Below, in pieces: positions 13,785 through 26,866 of a stretch of 64,000 nucleotides of DNA. A program made the translations under genes and the position numbers. The stretch is from Phyllosticta citribraziliensis (lineage: Eukaryota): contig NW_027117342.1 of the NCBI RefSeq assembly GCF_038025025.1, positions 1,550,001 to 1,614,000 of the forward strand. Reading direction: 5' to 3'. Each line of letters opens with the position of its first letter. Position 1 is the stretch's first letter. The notes under the pieces are model-generated. The model was not told the origin of the DNA. It saw only the letters and a program-made list of their open reading frames with translations, and did no database searches.

Positions 13785-14040
13785 AGCATTTCAGTTGGTC
13801 GCCACGAGACCACCCGTTGGTGGATGTGAGCTCCTCGAAAGGACGACTCGTCAATTCAAGCCTGTTTCTCAGTATCCATTGTCTTTTGGGCGGTTGAGTG
13901 TCGGCCATTATGGGCACAAGAAGATTTTGAAGCGTCTTCCCATTGTATACATTACCTTTCAATCTATCTCCTTGAGTGGCAAGGACTGAGGCTCTTGAGT
14001 CGCTGTCCCCACAATTAGCTAACGAACCCCTAGGACTGGA

Positions 14041-14055
14041 GCCATCAAGGTATCA
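14041..14055 (+). promoter_or_regulatory. Second putative ZafA-type zinc-response motif GCCATCAAGGTATCA
   Basis: 14/15 match to DYYVYCARGGTVYYY, about 60 bp upstream of a TATTTATA element at 14101. Confidence 0.5.
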
Positions 14056-14238
14056 ATTTGCAATCTGCCAATGACCCAGAACGCGCACAAGGCACGTCAG
14101 TATTTATAGCCAGAAAGCTCATCGTCACCCACTCAACACTTTTTCAGCTTCACTCGTGTCCACACAACAGTCATAATCTACTTTCAATTCTTTGGAAACG
14201 TATCTGAGCAGCAGCATCTGAGATACTGACCCCCAAAG

Positions 14239-16034
14239 ATGAATCAGGCACAATTCACTCCCGACTCTACAGTACACGATGTCATCATCGTCGGTGCCGG
14301 CCCTTGCGGACTTGCGGTCGCTGCTCGTCTTTGCGAACACACCCCCTCTGCCATTTTCACAGACGAAGAGCACCAGCGATACCACTGGATTAAAAAGTAC
14401 GGGGCGCGGATGAGCATCAAAGACCGAAAAAATGGCAAGGTCAAACTGGCGACGCCTCGGCTTGGCCGCCAGTACTCGACTCTGGTTTTGGACGCAACCG
14501 GAGACCAGTGGATGAACAGGTGGAATAGATTGTTCAAGACATATGACATTAGCCATCTGCGCAGTCCCATGTTCTTCCACGTCGATCCGGGCGACAGAGA
14601 TGGCTTGCTGGCCTACGCACACGAGCAGGGCAGAGAAGACGAATTGGACGAAATCAGAGACTGCGTTGGCAAGGAAATCAGCAAGCATCAAAGGAAGAAG
14701 CGAGCCAAGGGGCGCGTTCAAAAGTAAGATTGGACATCTTCATCGCGATATTAAACACTCTTCTCACATGGTTTAGACCACAGGCCGAAGTCGTCATTGA
14801 CGAGCGAGACCGCAAGGACTACTACAGACCTTCTCGACCACTCTTCACTTCACACTGCGACTGTATTGTAGAGCGGTACGGCCTCAGAAAAGGCCTGGTC
14901 CAGCAGAAGCGAGTCGAAGACATCCAGTACGGCATCGTCCGCGAATATTCCGAAGTCGACAAGATATTCACAGTCAAAACGGACAAGGGCATCCACTTTG
15001 CCCGCACCGTCGTGATGGCTGTGGGCCCAGGCAACTCTCCGAGAATTCCGACGCCTATGCCTTCGGGCGTGGAGGAACAGGAGACTCCGCCCCAAATGTG
15101 CCATAGCATGCACATCCAGCAGTTCCCCGACCCTGTCGTGACGGCCAAGATCAAGGCAAAGCAGGAATCAAACATCCTCATCGTTGGCGGCGGCCTCACA
15201 TCTGCCCAGCTGGCCGACCTCGCCGTCCGCAAGGGCGTGACCAAAGTCCACCACCTAATGCGCGGGCCTGTCAAGGTCAAGCACTTTGACTTTGACCTGG
15301 CGTGGACGGGCAAGTTCCGCAACTTTGAGCAGGCCATCTTCTGGTCTGCCGACAGCGACGAAGGCAAGTCGACCACTGCGACTTTCATGCACTCTCACAA
15401 GACACCCCTTACTAATTGCTTTCTAGACCGCCTCGCCATGATCCGACAAGCGCGCAACGGTGGCTCCATCAACCCGCCGTACCACAAGCGCCTGCTACAC
15501 CACGCAGCGACGCGGCGCCTGGCACTGCATACGCACACGACCATCTCATCACTTTTCTACGACGAACGCACGCGGACCTACAGCGTGAGCACCAACCCAC
15601 CCACACCCACGCCCCTGCCGCCCATCGACTACATCTACTACGCGACGGGCATCGACACGGACTACGCGACGCTGCCCTCTCTGCGCTCCATCAACGCCTC
15701 TTTCCCCGTCGACGGCTTTGGCGGCATGCCCTGCATCACTGACGACCTCATGTGGCGCCGTGACGTGCCGCTCTTCGTCACAGGTAGGATGGCTGGTTTG
15801 AGGCTCGGCCCTGCGGCTGGTAACCTAGGTGGTGCAAGGCAGGGTGCTGAGCGCGTGGCGTGGGCGATTGAGGAACTGCTAGACAAGGCCGCGGCGCAAG
15901 GCCTTGGGAGCGCGGAGGAGAGCAACGAGCATGATGAGGGAGAGCAGGAGGCGTTGGACTTTGTGGCGGGTAGGGGCAGTCGGTATGGGGTGCTTGGAAG
16001 CGAGCATGGGGACTACGACGGTGACGATGTTTAG
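14239..16034 (+). CDS. Uncharacterised FAD/NAD(P)-dependent oxidoreductase (lysine/ornithine N-hydroxylase-like superfamily), 3 exons
   Basis: Two Rossmann motifs, VIIVGAGPCGLA and ILIVGGGLTSAQ, plus HLRSPMFFHVDP, YYATG and LFVTG; introns near 14724-14777 and at 15364-15426 (GC-AG). Confidence 0.8.
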
Positions 16035-16305
16035 ATTTGGCTGGCGCCTTCTGTTTGAATCACGACCTCGAGATATTCAATGGCTCCGAATCCGTGAATT
16101 CTGAATCGCTCCAAAGCGGCGTGTCTACCTTTTCCCGGCCGTGCATCTGAAAGACGCCCACGTCCGTCAATTCAAATCTTGCGCCGTCCTCTCCATTATT
16201 TTACGAGACGGGTTGTCCCCGGCCTGAATGCTTCGTTACCACCCTCAGCCTATCCCATGAGCAATGATACATAGTCGTACACAGCAAAGCGTGAGTGGCG
16301 TTCCT

Positions 16306-17465
16306 TTAGTTGCTCTTCTTCTCCTTTTCTTCCGTCTCCTCCTCAAACGGCTTCTTCAACCACGGACTCTCCTTGTCCACCAACTTGGGCTCACGCAACG
16401 CCGAAGCGTCAAACTCAAAGCCGCTCAAAACCATGCCATCGTTGGACTTGTCCAGCTTAAAGACGTTTGCGCGAACGTAGTTGACCAAGATGGCCAAGCC
16501 GCGGGGATCGATTTTCTCGGCCTTCCACATGTTGCGCCACAGGGCCGTGGCCAGCACGGCGTCGCCCTTGACGAGACCCTCGTCGTATGCCGTGACGAGC
16601 CCGCGCCACTGGATGTGCAGATCGTGCATGTACTTGTTGCGGATGCCCGACGCCGCGATGTTGTGCCACTTGACCATGCGCTTCTCGGCTTCGTAGAAGA
16701 AGTGGTCAATCAGATTTTGGTGCCACGTGGGCGCGTGCTCTGCTGGGAAGAGTCGAATTCGTGTCGTCAGGATGTACATGTGCAGGAACGTCACTTGGGC
16801 CCAAGTGTTGAAGGTGGGCGTTAGACCCAGCTCTGCGCGGTACGTTAGCTACTTTGCGCCAACACAGTGTGTACAACGGCTGCCCGTTTTTGTCGGACCG
16901 GAAGGACGTGAATCGTTCGTGTCGTACCTTCATACCACCATCCTTCGCCAACTCCAAGCTCCTCGCCCTTCTCTGTCGTCGGCGCCTCGCCATCTTTGTC
17001 CCGGATTATCTTGTAGTCCGCCTGCTTGGCGCAAGACTCAAACATGCCCTTGGTCCCGCTGTAAGCGGCATATGGCTCTGTCGTGGATACCGACCGCTTT
17101 CGCAACTCTTGGGCGAGGCGTTTGCTCAAACTCTGACTGTCTGATGTGGAGGAAAGGTCGGGGGCGGGAGATTTGGAAGCGGGCGAGTCTTTGAGGGCTT
17201 TTTGCTTCGACAGGCCGTCGTTGTTTTCCAATCCTGCCGGGCTGGTGGGAGGCTCTGGAGTGAGTTTGGCAGCGCGAGAGGCGGTCGTAGCAATGGCGCG
17301 TCTTTGCGCAGGGCGAGACGTCTATAACAGTGTCAGATTCCAGCATTGTGGAGGCCCTGGTGTGGCATAGGGTCGTTGGGCAGGGAGGGAATTTACCTGC
17401 GCAAAGATTTGACTCTGCCGTTGCAGCGCCCGTCTACAGGCCTTACAGGCGAAGTTTGAAGCCAT
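16306..17465 (-). CDS. CBP3: Cbp3 / ubiquinol-cytochrome c reductase assembly chaperone
   Basis: Basic mitochondrial-presequence-like start MASNFACKACRRALQRQ; PTFNTWAQVTFLHMYILTTRIR; QWRGLVTAYDEGLVKGDAVLATALWRN. Confidence 0.9.
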
Positions 17466-18100
17466 TGGTGTTCGGATTGGAGAGTGTCGAAAAGGTTGAA
17501 GTTTTTCGGAAGAAAGATAAGGTGTAAAGACTCAATCGAGTTCACTGTGTCGACTGAAGAAAGTAGAGCGCGCGCAGCTTACTTTTTGGCAACGCGACTC
17601 GTCAAGGGCCCGACGGCCTAGCACGGACCACCTAGATCAATGACTTCACCATTCTTCTTTGGGCGCATTTTAGGCCTGATCCAACGCATAGACGTCACAT
17701 TTTTGAATTTAGTCTTCGACTTGGCTTCAAGCTGATCCCATAGACGACAACAAATTGTTTGTCCTGCAGCTAAGTTGGGGATTGGGGCTTTGCTCAGTTT
17801 GGCCCCTTCAGGAAGGCTTCTGAGTCTCCCAGCCCAAGCAGCCACCACCAATACTTTTGATAGAATCTAGCAGCACCTTGTTTGGTGTCCCGAATGTTGG
17901 AAACATGCCAGTACTCTCATGGACCAAGCTGCTCATCAAAAAGAGCCCGAAACTACGGTGTTGCCCCGATATCTCAATGTCACTTGCTCAATGCCATTGT
18001 GCCAACCCTATTTTGAACGCCATGCTCTTGTCGTCCCAACCATACAACGCCAGTGATGTGGTATATTTTACAGTCCTGTCAAGTTCCCTCCTGCTTTCTC

Positions 18101-20228
18101 CTACCGTGGTCTGCGATAGTTACCTCGGGTCATTTCCTCTCGGAGACTATCCTTTTGGCTTGGCAAAGGCGCCCGCTTCCTCACAACACCATTTCCATTC
18201 TGATCGCCACCTGCTTGTTGGGGCTGAGCTGGCATCTGAGGCATTTGACCTGGAAACCCGGGGAACCCTTGAGGTAACGCCTGAGGAGGTGGAGGCACAA
18301 AGCCAGGCGGAAGTGGAGGAGGAGCTCCATTTGGCATCGGAGGCAAAGCTGGCACTTGACCGTTGCGTATCATTTCCGCAATCTTGCTCGGATCAAAACC
18401 AGGAGGCGGGAACCCAGGGGGCAAAGCTGGGAAACCACCAGGAGGGAAAGGTGGTGCACCGGGACCCGCAAGTCCACCAGGGAGTGGAATTGGCATTACG
18501 GGCGGTGCTGGTCCGGTGCTCGCGGGGGCACCGCCGAGTCCAGGCAGTTGTGCTCCACCCATGCTTGATCCATCACCACCACCAAGGCCAGGAAGAATGG
18601 GCAGCGTCGACACTTTCGCAGGCATGGTTTGATCCACAAGGCCGTCGGCCTCATCCTCGGCTTCTTGTTCTTCCTCTTCACGTTGCTGGCGGCGTGCATC
18701 CCGCCGATCGAATATTCCCTGAGCTTCTGCTGCTGCTTGGCCAATGTGGAACCGATCATTGAAACAGGAATTTGTCCCTGGACGCGGTCTGGTCCAGAAG
18801 CGTGTTATGCGGTCGTTTGAGCCAGACGCCAAAATGTGGCCCAGCGGATGCCAGTCGAGTGTCCAAATTGCAAAGTCGTGGGCATGTGGAACCTTGTGGG
18901 CAGGATAGATGGTCTGAGCGGGTGCATTGAAAGGATCGGAGCTGTCATAAGGTGATAAGGTGGGCTCTACTCCCGGCGGCGCGTTTTGCTCATCTAAGAG
19001 GTAGTGGAAGAGGCTGCCATCGACTCCTCCGGTAGATAGAAGGTTGCGGTGGACGGGATGCCAGGCTAGGGTAGTAATGTCCTTCTCATGACCGCGCAAT
19101 AGGAGAACATCGCGCATTGTCCGCAGATCGAATACTCGGGCAGTTTGGTCCCTGGCACACGTTGCCAGAAGTTGACCTTGGGTCCGCTCAAAAGACGTTT
19201 TTGAGATTGTATTCTTGTGTCCGTGGAGTGTGGTTAGGCAGCGGCCAGTCCTCGGATCCCAGAGCTTGATTTGATGGTCTTTGGATCCTGATACCAGTAA
19301 TCCCTTGGTTGGGTGCCAGTCGACCGTTTTCGCCTCCCAGCCGTGTCCAGTCAATATCGATTCCTCGATCCCACCCGCAAAATCGAATATCTTGAGTGTA
19401 GCGTCGTCGGAAGCAGTTACAAATTTCGAGTCTGTCGGAGCGAAGGCCAAGTCCCGGATCGGCTCGGTATGCGCTTGGAGTACCTTGACATTGTTGAAAT
19501 TGGGCTGCCAATACTTGACAAGGCCCTCTTGGTCGGCTGAAACTAGCCAATCATCACCGTGTGAATATTGAACAGCGCGAATCGCCGACTCGTGGGCCTA
19601 AATGGGAGTCAGTGAGCTCAAGCCGCAAGAGCGCGATGATTGAGGGAGCCTGACCTGCATTATAGTCTCAAAGTTGAATCCCATGCCGTTCCAGAGGGTG
19701 AACTCTCCGCTTGTTGAGCCCGTGAGAAGACGCCTGCCCTCTGGTGTCCATCGTACCACGTTTATGGGGTGCTTGATCTTGTTCAAGGAGGCGTGAAGGT
19801 GCTTGGCGGGTATGGTTTCGGCAGCATTTGTGACGCGGGCAAGCGGGGGCAACATCTAGACCAATGAGTACACAATTTGGGGCATGCAGGCTGTACACAT
19901 ACATCAACCATGTAGCTGACACTGGGCCTTTCTGCCTCGCCAATGGGCGAGCCCTTGTAGCGGGGAACGCGGTTGCGCTGCCATTGTAGAATGGTAGAGC
20001 CAAAGTCGGTGGCGGCGCCTGCACGACCAAATGTTAGGGATCCATAGATGAACGCGTCGCGAAGCTTGCGCCTATCCATGATGAAGGATTTTGCGTAGAA
20101 TGCGAGACTAAGCGGTGGTTGCTGCAAAGGTTGTGCAGGCGGAGTGGACAAGCGCGAGACTCACGTCTTGCTCTGGTGCGCGGGATGCCATCGTGGCCGC
20201 CGGTTTGGTAGTGAAATTCACGCTCCAT
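18101..20228 (-). CDS. PFS2: Polyadenylation factor subunit 2 (Pfs2/WDR33), WD40 repeats + Pro/Gly-rich tail
   Basis: [82 protein letters not shown]. Confidence 0.94.
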
Positions 20229-20775
20229 GGTCAGGAGGGCGCCGAGCCCTAGAGTGAATGACGGTGCGCAGGAACAGAAGGGGGCATGTAGCGGGAGGAT
20301 TAGATGGATGGGAGGGTGTTGAGCGAAGCACGGCAGACATGGACCGCGACGCCGCGAGGACTGCCCGTGGAGCATCAGCCACGGCCGGGGCGGACAGCGG
20401 AGGATGTGGCTGGTGCAGGTGGTCCAGGTCAGGTCGCCGTCGCCGGGTGGCGCGCCAGCGGGGAGAAACGGACAGGGACAGGGGCGGCGCGGGCAAGAAC
20501 GGGGAAGGGAAGGGAACCAGCGAGGATCAGGGACCCTGGAGCTTCCATCCACTCGAACGCGAGCTCAACCATTTACCTTCTCCGCCTTGCCGTCTGCACC
20601 GGAATGTCGCTCTAAAATGGCTGACTCCTTCAGCTGCATCACCATCTTCGCCTCTTCCTACGCCCGCTAATCGACGCCCGATATATATCCATCCATCCGT
20701 CGCCATCTGTTGTCCCCCCGCCGCCTTCGCCACCTCCGTCACTCCTCGTTCCCGAGCTCCACTCAAGCTTCCCCA

Positions 20776-22491
20776 ATGGCTTCGAGCATCGAGACCGCCA
20801 TTACCACCTCGACAGACATTCCTATCGCTCGTCCGGAAAAGCAATACACGGACACTTCACCCAATTCCAACGGCTCCGCCCACACACAAACCAATGGCCA
20901 CACAAATGGCACCCCAAACGGCTCTGCCCCGCTGCCAACAGGCACCAAATACAATCACGTCGTCGCCGTCCATCGCAAAGTGAGGGCGTCATGCCTTAGC
21001 CAGGATGCTGAAAAGCCACCCAGCTTTGTAGGATTTCGAAATCTCATGATTCTTGTACTACGTACGCCCACCCATCCATCCCTCGCAAAACTGCAAGCTA
21101 ACATTTTTCTCGCAGTTGTATCCAACCTGCGATTGATGATTGAAAACTTTCGCAAGGCAAGAATGATCGTTCAGTCCGCCATCCTCTGCTCTGACTGATT
21201 CCTCTAGTATGGCGTCTTAATTTGCATTCGCTGTCATGACTACCGCCGACAAGATGTCGTTTACGGCTCCATCCTCTACTTCCTCGTACCATGCCACCTC
21301 TTCGTCGCCTACGTTATCGAATTGGTTGCTGCCCAGCAAGCCAAAGGCGCCATAGCTCAAATCAAAAAGGCAGAATCTCCCGAGGACTTGGCCGCAAAGA
21401 GAGACAAGTTTCGATCCACGTGGGGACTCGTTGCCTTTGCCCATGGACTTAATGCCACGCTGAACCTGATCATCGCTTCTACAGTCGTATACTACCATAT
21501 TCACCATCCGGGAATCGGGACCGTTTGCGAGCTCCACGCCATTATTGTCTGGCTCAAGACCTGCTCCTACGCCTTTACCAACCGCGACCTACGTCACGCA
21601 CTTCTTGACGATTCAGATACTGCCCCGCTGCCCGAATTGTATAAAAGCTGTCCGTACCCAAAGAATATCGCTCTGAGGAACCTCATGTACTTTTGGTGGG
21701 CTCCCACGCTCGTATATCAGCCTGTGTATCCCCGGACCGAGACCATCCGCTGGCCTTTTGTCTTCAAGCGCGTTGCTGAAGCAGTCGGCCTCAGCATCGT
21801 AATCTGGATTGCCTCGGCGCAGTATGCTTCGCCCCTGCTCAAGAATTCCTTGGACAAAATTGCCACCCTGGACCTTGTCTCAATTCTTGAGCGCATGCTC
21901 AAACTGTCCACCATTTCCGTCTTTTGCTGGTTGGCAGGATTCATGGTTCTCTTCCACTCGTTCCTCAACGCTCTCGCTGAAATCATGCGCTTTGGTGATC
22001 GCGAGTTCTACACGGATTGGTGGAATGCCACTAGCATTCGTAGCTACTGGACCATGTGGAACAAACCCGTCACCACTTTTATGCGACGGCACGTATACCA
22101 GCCGCTCGTTGGACGCGGTTGTCCAAAGTCTCTAGCGCTGATGACGGTCTTTCTCTTCTCTGGTGCGCTTCACGAGTTGCTCGTGGGTGTTCCGACCCAC
22201 AACATTATAGGTAAGTGGAATTCTTTGGCATTCGGCAAAAAGAATACGAAAAAAATTGGTTACTAACCCGCAACAGGCGTTGCCTTCGCGGGCATGTTGC
22301 TCCAAATTCCCCTTGTTGTCGTAACCGACCCCTTATCACGGATGAAGGGCGTCAACGGCAAGGTCATTGGCAATCTGACCTTCTGGATCAGCTTTTGCCT
22401 AGTCGGCCAGCCCCTGGCGGCGCTTCTCTACTTTTTCGCCTGGCAGGCCAAGTACGGCAGCGTTGGGAAACCGCTTCTGTGGCAGCAGTAG
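20776..22491 (+). CDS. MBOAT diacylglycerol O-acyltransferase (DGAT1-type; sterol O-acyltransferase family)
   Basis: SFVGFRNL, WAPTLVYQPVYPRT, FGDREFYTDWWN, WNKPV and catalytic SGALHE; three introns, one of them GC-AG (21157-21207). Confidence 0.88.
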
Positions 22492-24595
22492 GAAGGTTCC
22501 CGCGACGCAGCTTTCTCGATGCTTGCAGTTTTTTTTCCTTTGGCGTCTCGTCCTTACTTATGAAAAGGCTTTTCACATAATCGTCGAGGCGTTCGTGGAA
22601 TGGAGTAGCATGTGGCTCTTGCTATAGCTCTGCGCGATAGAGTGGCTGAGAGAAGATCTGCTCTGCGAGATGGATAGCTTTGCACGATTCAGCGCAGGAA
22701 TTGGATGTTGCCATTCTTCGCCTTCTTTGGCTGACAAACGCCTACGTGCCTTGAATCCCTTCACTGTCACCAGCTTTGTCTGCTACCTGTAGGTAGTGCT
22801 GCCACTCGGCAAACCAGCCGGCCCGCCCGTCTAAACAAGCTTCTCGCTCTGAGGTGCTCGTACGCACATCGTTCAAAGTCAAAATCCCATCCAACCAGAT
22901 TTGGTTTCGCGTTTCGCGCTTCGCGTTTCGCGTGTAACGAGCCAGCCGTTTCAAAACTTTCCTTCCCGCCTGCCCGTCCGTTAGCGCCATGTCGCTCGAT
23001 TCCCTGATGTGCCTCTACACACGACTGATTGAACTGCTAACCAGATTGCTGGTAGGCTGTTGGAGACTTCTTTGTATTGTAGCACGGGGCAGCCGTCATG
23101 TCACGTCATGCTGCAGGCGTAGTCCTGTCGGTTCGTTATAAACTAAGCCGCATGCACATGGACATGTTGTCAAAGTCTGCTCCATCAAAACTCAGTTCCT
23201 TTTCTTCATCCATCATCCATTCTTTCTCTCTGCCATTGCAAACCAAGCAGTCTCTTTGCCTGCTGATTAGTTTCGTTTTGTCTGATCTGGTCGGCTCGCT
23301 TGCGAACTTTGGCGGTATGGCGAGAGAATACTACATGACAGAGTTCGTCCTCGGCCTATCGTATGCACGCACGCGCGTGTGGGGTGTGAAATGTGTTAGA
23401 GAGGGGAGGCAAATTGACATGAAAGCAGATTGTTGAGCTGCCAGTCCTAAAGCGGACATTGAGGCATCAGGCTGCATACAAAAGAAGGCGACGCAGAAGG
23501 ATGAATGGAAGCAGGTGGTCAAGTCACTTGACCAACTTTGGCACTCGTATACGCCAGGGCTGAACACGACGATGTCATGGAAAACGTCCAGTTCGGCCTC
23601 AAGGGCGATCGCTTTCCGTATGACAATCTTTCCTTGCTTCCTGCCTCTTCCAGCTCCGCTCTTCCTCCTGCTTAGCGGCTGAGCGATGAGAGAAACCAAT
23701 TCTTTTCTTGACTCTTTGTCTCTCATGACAAATCATGTCAAAAACGGCAGTACTTGCATGTTATTTGCGACAAATGCTTTTGCAAATAACAAACACGCCG
23801 AAAGTGCTCCCTCCTGGGACGCCGGCTGGGCGTTGTGGCGTGTGGCGGAAGAGGAGGATCTGCGGCTGAAGACTCTGGGGAACCAACAAGTCGACCGGGA
23901 TACGACGGTGTGATGGTAAAATAGAAGAGCAGGAAAAGGACAGGCCGAAACATGACTACAAAAAGGTCAACGTGCAACGATATGTAGAGTTGATCTTGTG
24001 CGACTGGTGGTATCGCACCGCCACCAGATGGTAATCGGGCCCGACGATTGGCCAGTGCCAGGCTGATTTCGGCTTTGTGATGTGCGGCCTTCTGCAAGGG
24101 ACGCTGAGCCGAGCGCGGCACCGTCATCGCAGCGTCAAGAGACCGTCTGCAGGTGGCACGACAAGGAGGGGTTAGCGCAACGTGTAGCCGGCGGTGCATC
24201 GAGCTACTCGACATCGGAGGGCGGCTGGTAACATCTCCACCCAAATTGGATTTTCTGACAATCCGAAACTGGACATTGGTAGAGGCTCTCGGATGGTGTG
24301 TGTGGTGTTGACCCAGTCTCCCCGCAAGTGCGACTCCGGTGTCGGTGTTGGGGCCGCCGCGGGTAGCCGAGCTCGACGACCAGCCCAGAGTTTCGGGACT
24401 CCTCCGTTGACTGCCACCGTGAGCCAAACTTCAAGCCCACCGCAGTACCTGCTATAAATCCCACCACCTGCCACATGCCATGCCACTGCTCGTGCTACCG
24501 TCTCCGTGCTGCCTGGATTCCTTTGGCTGCTGTGGTTGATTGACTCGTCATCCGCGTCCGCATCCGATTCGACCACCAGCTCGCTTATCGACGCC

Positions 24596-26114
24596 ATGCT
24601 CACCCTCCGCAACACCCGTGCTCTATCAACAAAGGCACCACTGCTTCAGCGCCGGATTCTCGTCGCCTCCCCGAGAGCAGTCGCCGGCGGTCAGTTCCAA
24701 CATGCCAACTTCTCAAACAAGACGCCAGTGCGGACCGCGACGCATCCGCGCCAGGCCGCCGCCGCCGTGCCCGCAGCGGCTGGATATCAATCCATAACGG
24801 CAACCACTCCGCCCGCCAGCCCTCATTCGCCGCAGAATAATATCCTCGCAAAACTGCCAACTCCCGCTCTCCTCCGCAACCTGCTCATCCAAAACGTATC
24901 CGCCATCCCTCCGGTTCTTTCCTTCTTCCTCTTCTTCCTGAAGCGCTACTCCAACTTCATCACCAAGGCGCCCATCCTGCGCCAGGCACTCTACTACTTT
25001 TTCTACGTGCACTACTGCGCCGGCGCCACCAAGTCAGAAATCGGCCGCACCGTCGAGGATCTGAGGAAGTTGGGCTACAAGGGCGTCATCCTCAACTATG
25101 CCAAGGAGGTTGAGATGCCGGGCCTCTCCGTCAAGTCTGGCGCTGAAAAGGTCGCTCAGGCACAGGCCCTGCACGAGCAACAGGTCGGCCAATGGCTCGA
25201 CGGAACCGTCAAGGGCATTGCTTACGCACCGGCTGGCGACTACGTTGCCATCAAGTTTTCCGGAGCAGGCACCAGGGTCGTTGACATGCTGGAGAAGAAC
25301 CACGTCAAGCCGGACGACATTTTTGCCGATGCCCTCGACAAGGTCTGCGAGGCCGCACGCCAAAAGGGAGTCAATATTCTGGTGGATGCCGAGCACCAGT
25401 GCCAGCAGGCGGCCATCGACCGCTGGACCATGGACATGATGGAAAAGTACAACAAGGGTGACAATGTCGTCATCTTCAACACTTACCAAATGTAAGGCCA
25501 ACTCCCCCGTAGTCGGGCCAGCAACCATCTGACGTCGATATAGGTACCTCAAGGCCTCTCCCAGCATCCTGGCCCAGCACCTCGCCACGGCTGAATCCCG
25601 CAACTTCAACTTTGGAGCCAAGATTGTCCGCGGCGCATACCTCGGATCGGACCCCCGCAACGCCATCCACGACACCAAGGCCGACACGGATGCTGCTTTC
25701 GATGCTGCCGCTGAAAAGCTCGCAACTTACCACACGGCCAGCCCGCGGCCGTCCATCAAGGTCAGCACCGTCATTGGCTCGCACAACGCAACCTCGATCC
25801 GCAAGATTCGCGCACTGCGCCAACAGCAGGCGAGCGCCGGCCAGCCTGTCGCCGACGTTGTCTTCAGTCAGCTCATGGGCATGGCCGACGAGCTGTCGCT
25901 GTCGCTGACTGAAGCGGACACCGACGCTGGCTTTGTCCAGGGCGACTGCGGCGTCTACAAGTACGTCACCTGGGGCACCATGCAGGAGTGCATCATGTAC
26001 CTGGCGCGCCGGGCCGAGGAGAACCGCGATGCCGTGGCCTGCGCTCGCGACTCGCGCTCGCTGTTTTGGAATGAGCTGAAGAGGAGGTGGAGCCCCGCCA
26101 CGAAGAGGGCTTGA
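24596..26114 (+). CDS. PUT1: Proline dehydrogenase/oxidase (Put1/PrnD family), mitochondrial, 2 exons
   Basis: Presequence-like MLTLRNTRALSTK; HYCAG; ILVDAEHQ; NTYQMYLK; FGAKIVRGAYL; QLMGMADELS; YKYVTWG; YLARRAEEN. Confidence 0.9.
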
Positions 26115-26866
26115 TTGATGCGGTAGAATTGCTCCATTCGATTGACGTCTTTACGGTTTAGAAAGAAAGGTCTACGATGACGGGGATTGGCTTTTGGCAT
26201 GGCGGTACTGAAAACGGTTGAGCGATACTCTCAAGGGCTCGGGAAAGCGATGAAGTTATCTAGCACGGAGTTACGGAGTTTGGTTTGCTAGGCGTACGGG
26301 GAGTTGCATATTTTGGGCGTTCAATATCCAAGACTACCAATGACAAGACAGAGTTACAAGCACAAACATGGTCCATCGAATGACTTGCAAGCAGGTAGCA
26401 GAGTGGGCAACGCGAGGGACACGCTGATTCTACACATCGCAAGCCAAGGCCATGCTTTGAGTCCCTGCTCCAATGACGTGCCGTCAAATCAGGACGACAA
26501 AGCAACCTGACCCGGGCGTCCACCATACCCCTCCACACCTCCAAGATATCGACATGATGCTCGTACAAACCACACAAACCACCAAGCTCTTGCACCTATC
26601 CAGCTCGACGTTCCCCATCCATCTTCACCACCTCCACCTCTTCCGACCTCTGACCTGACATGGTGTGATACTCACTCCTTCTCCGCGTCTCCGCGTACAG
26701 CTCACGACAAGTCAACCCCTCCCCGCAAAGTATAAGGCAACGCGCTCTCCCCCATTCCCGCATCTTATCCTACATCCCCACTCCACGTGAACGCAAACAC
26801 CCACCACCAAAAAAACCCCCCCCACCAAGCCATACGCAGCAAACCACCATCAAACTCAACCCACCC

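Noticed and set aside
11695..16034. Ketosynthase plus flavin enzyme as a secondary-metabolite cluster
   Set aside because: The ketosynthase is a stand-alone mitochondrial FAS II CEM1-type enzyme, and no PKS, NRPS or ACP lies nearby.
20617..20670. 17-codon ORF in good ATG context upstream of the DGAT1-type gene (possible uORF)
   Set aside because: It lies upstream of a TATA-like ATATATA at about 20681, so it is probably outside the transcript.
24330..24370. CGG/CCG triplets upstream of PUT1 as possible Put3/PrnA sites
   Set aside because: The spacing does not fit CGG-N10-CCG, and such triplets are common at this GC content.
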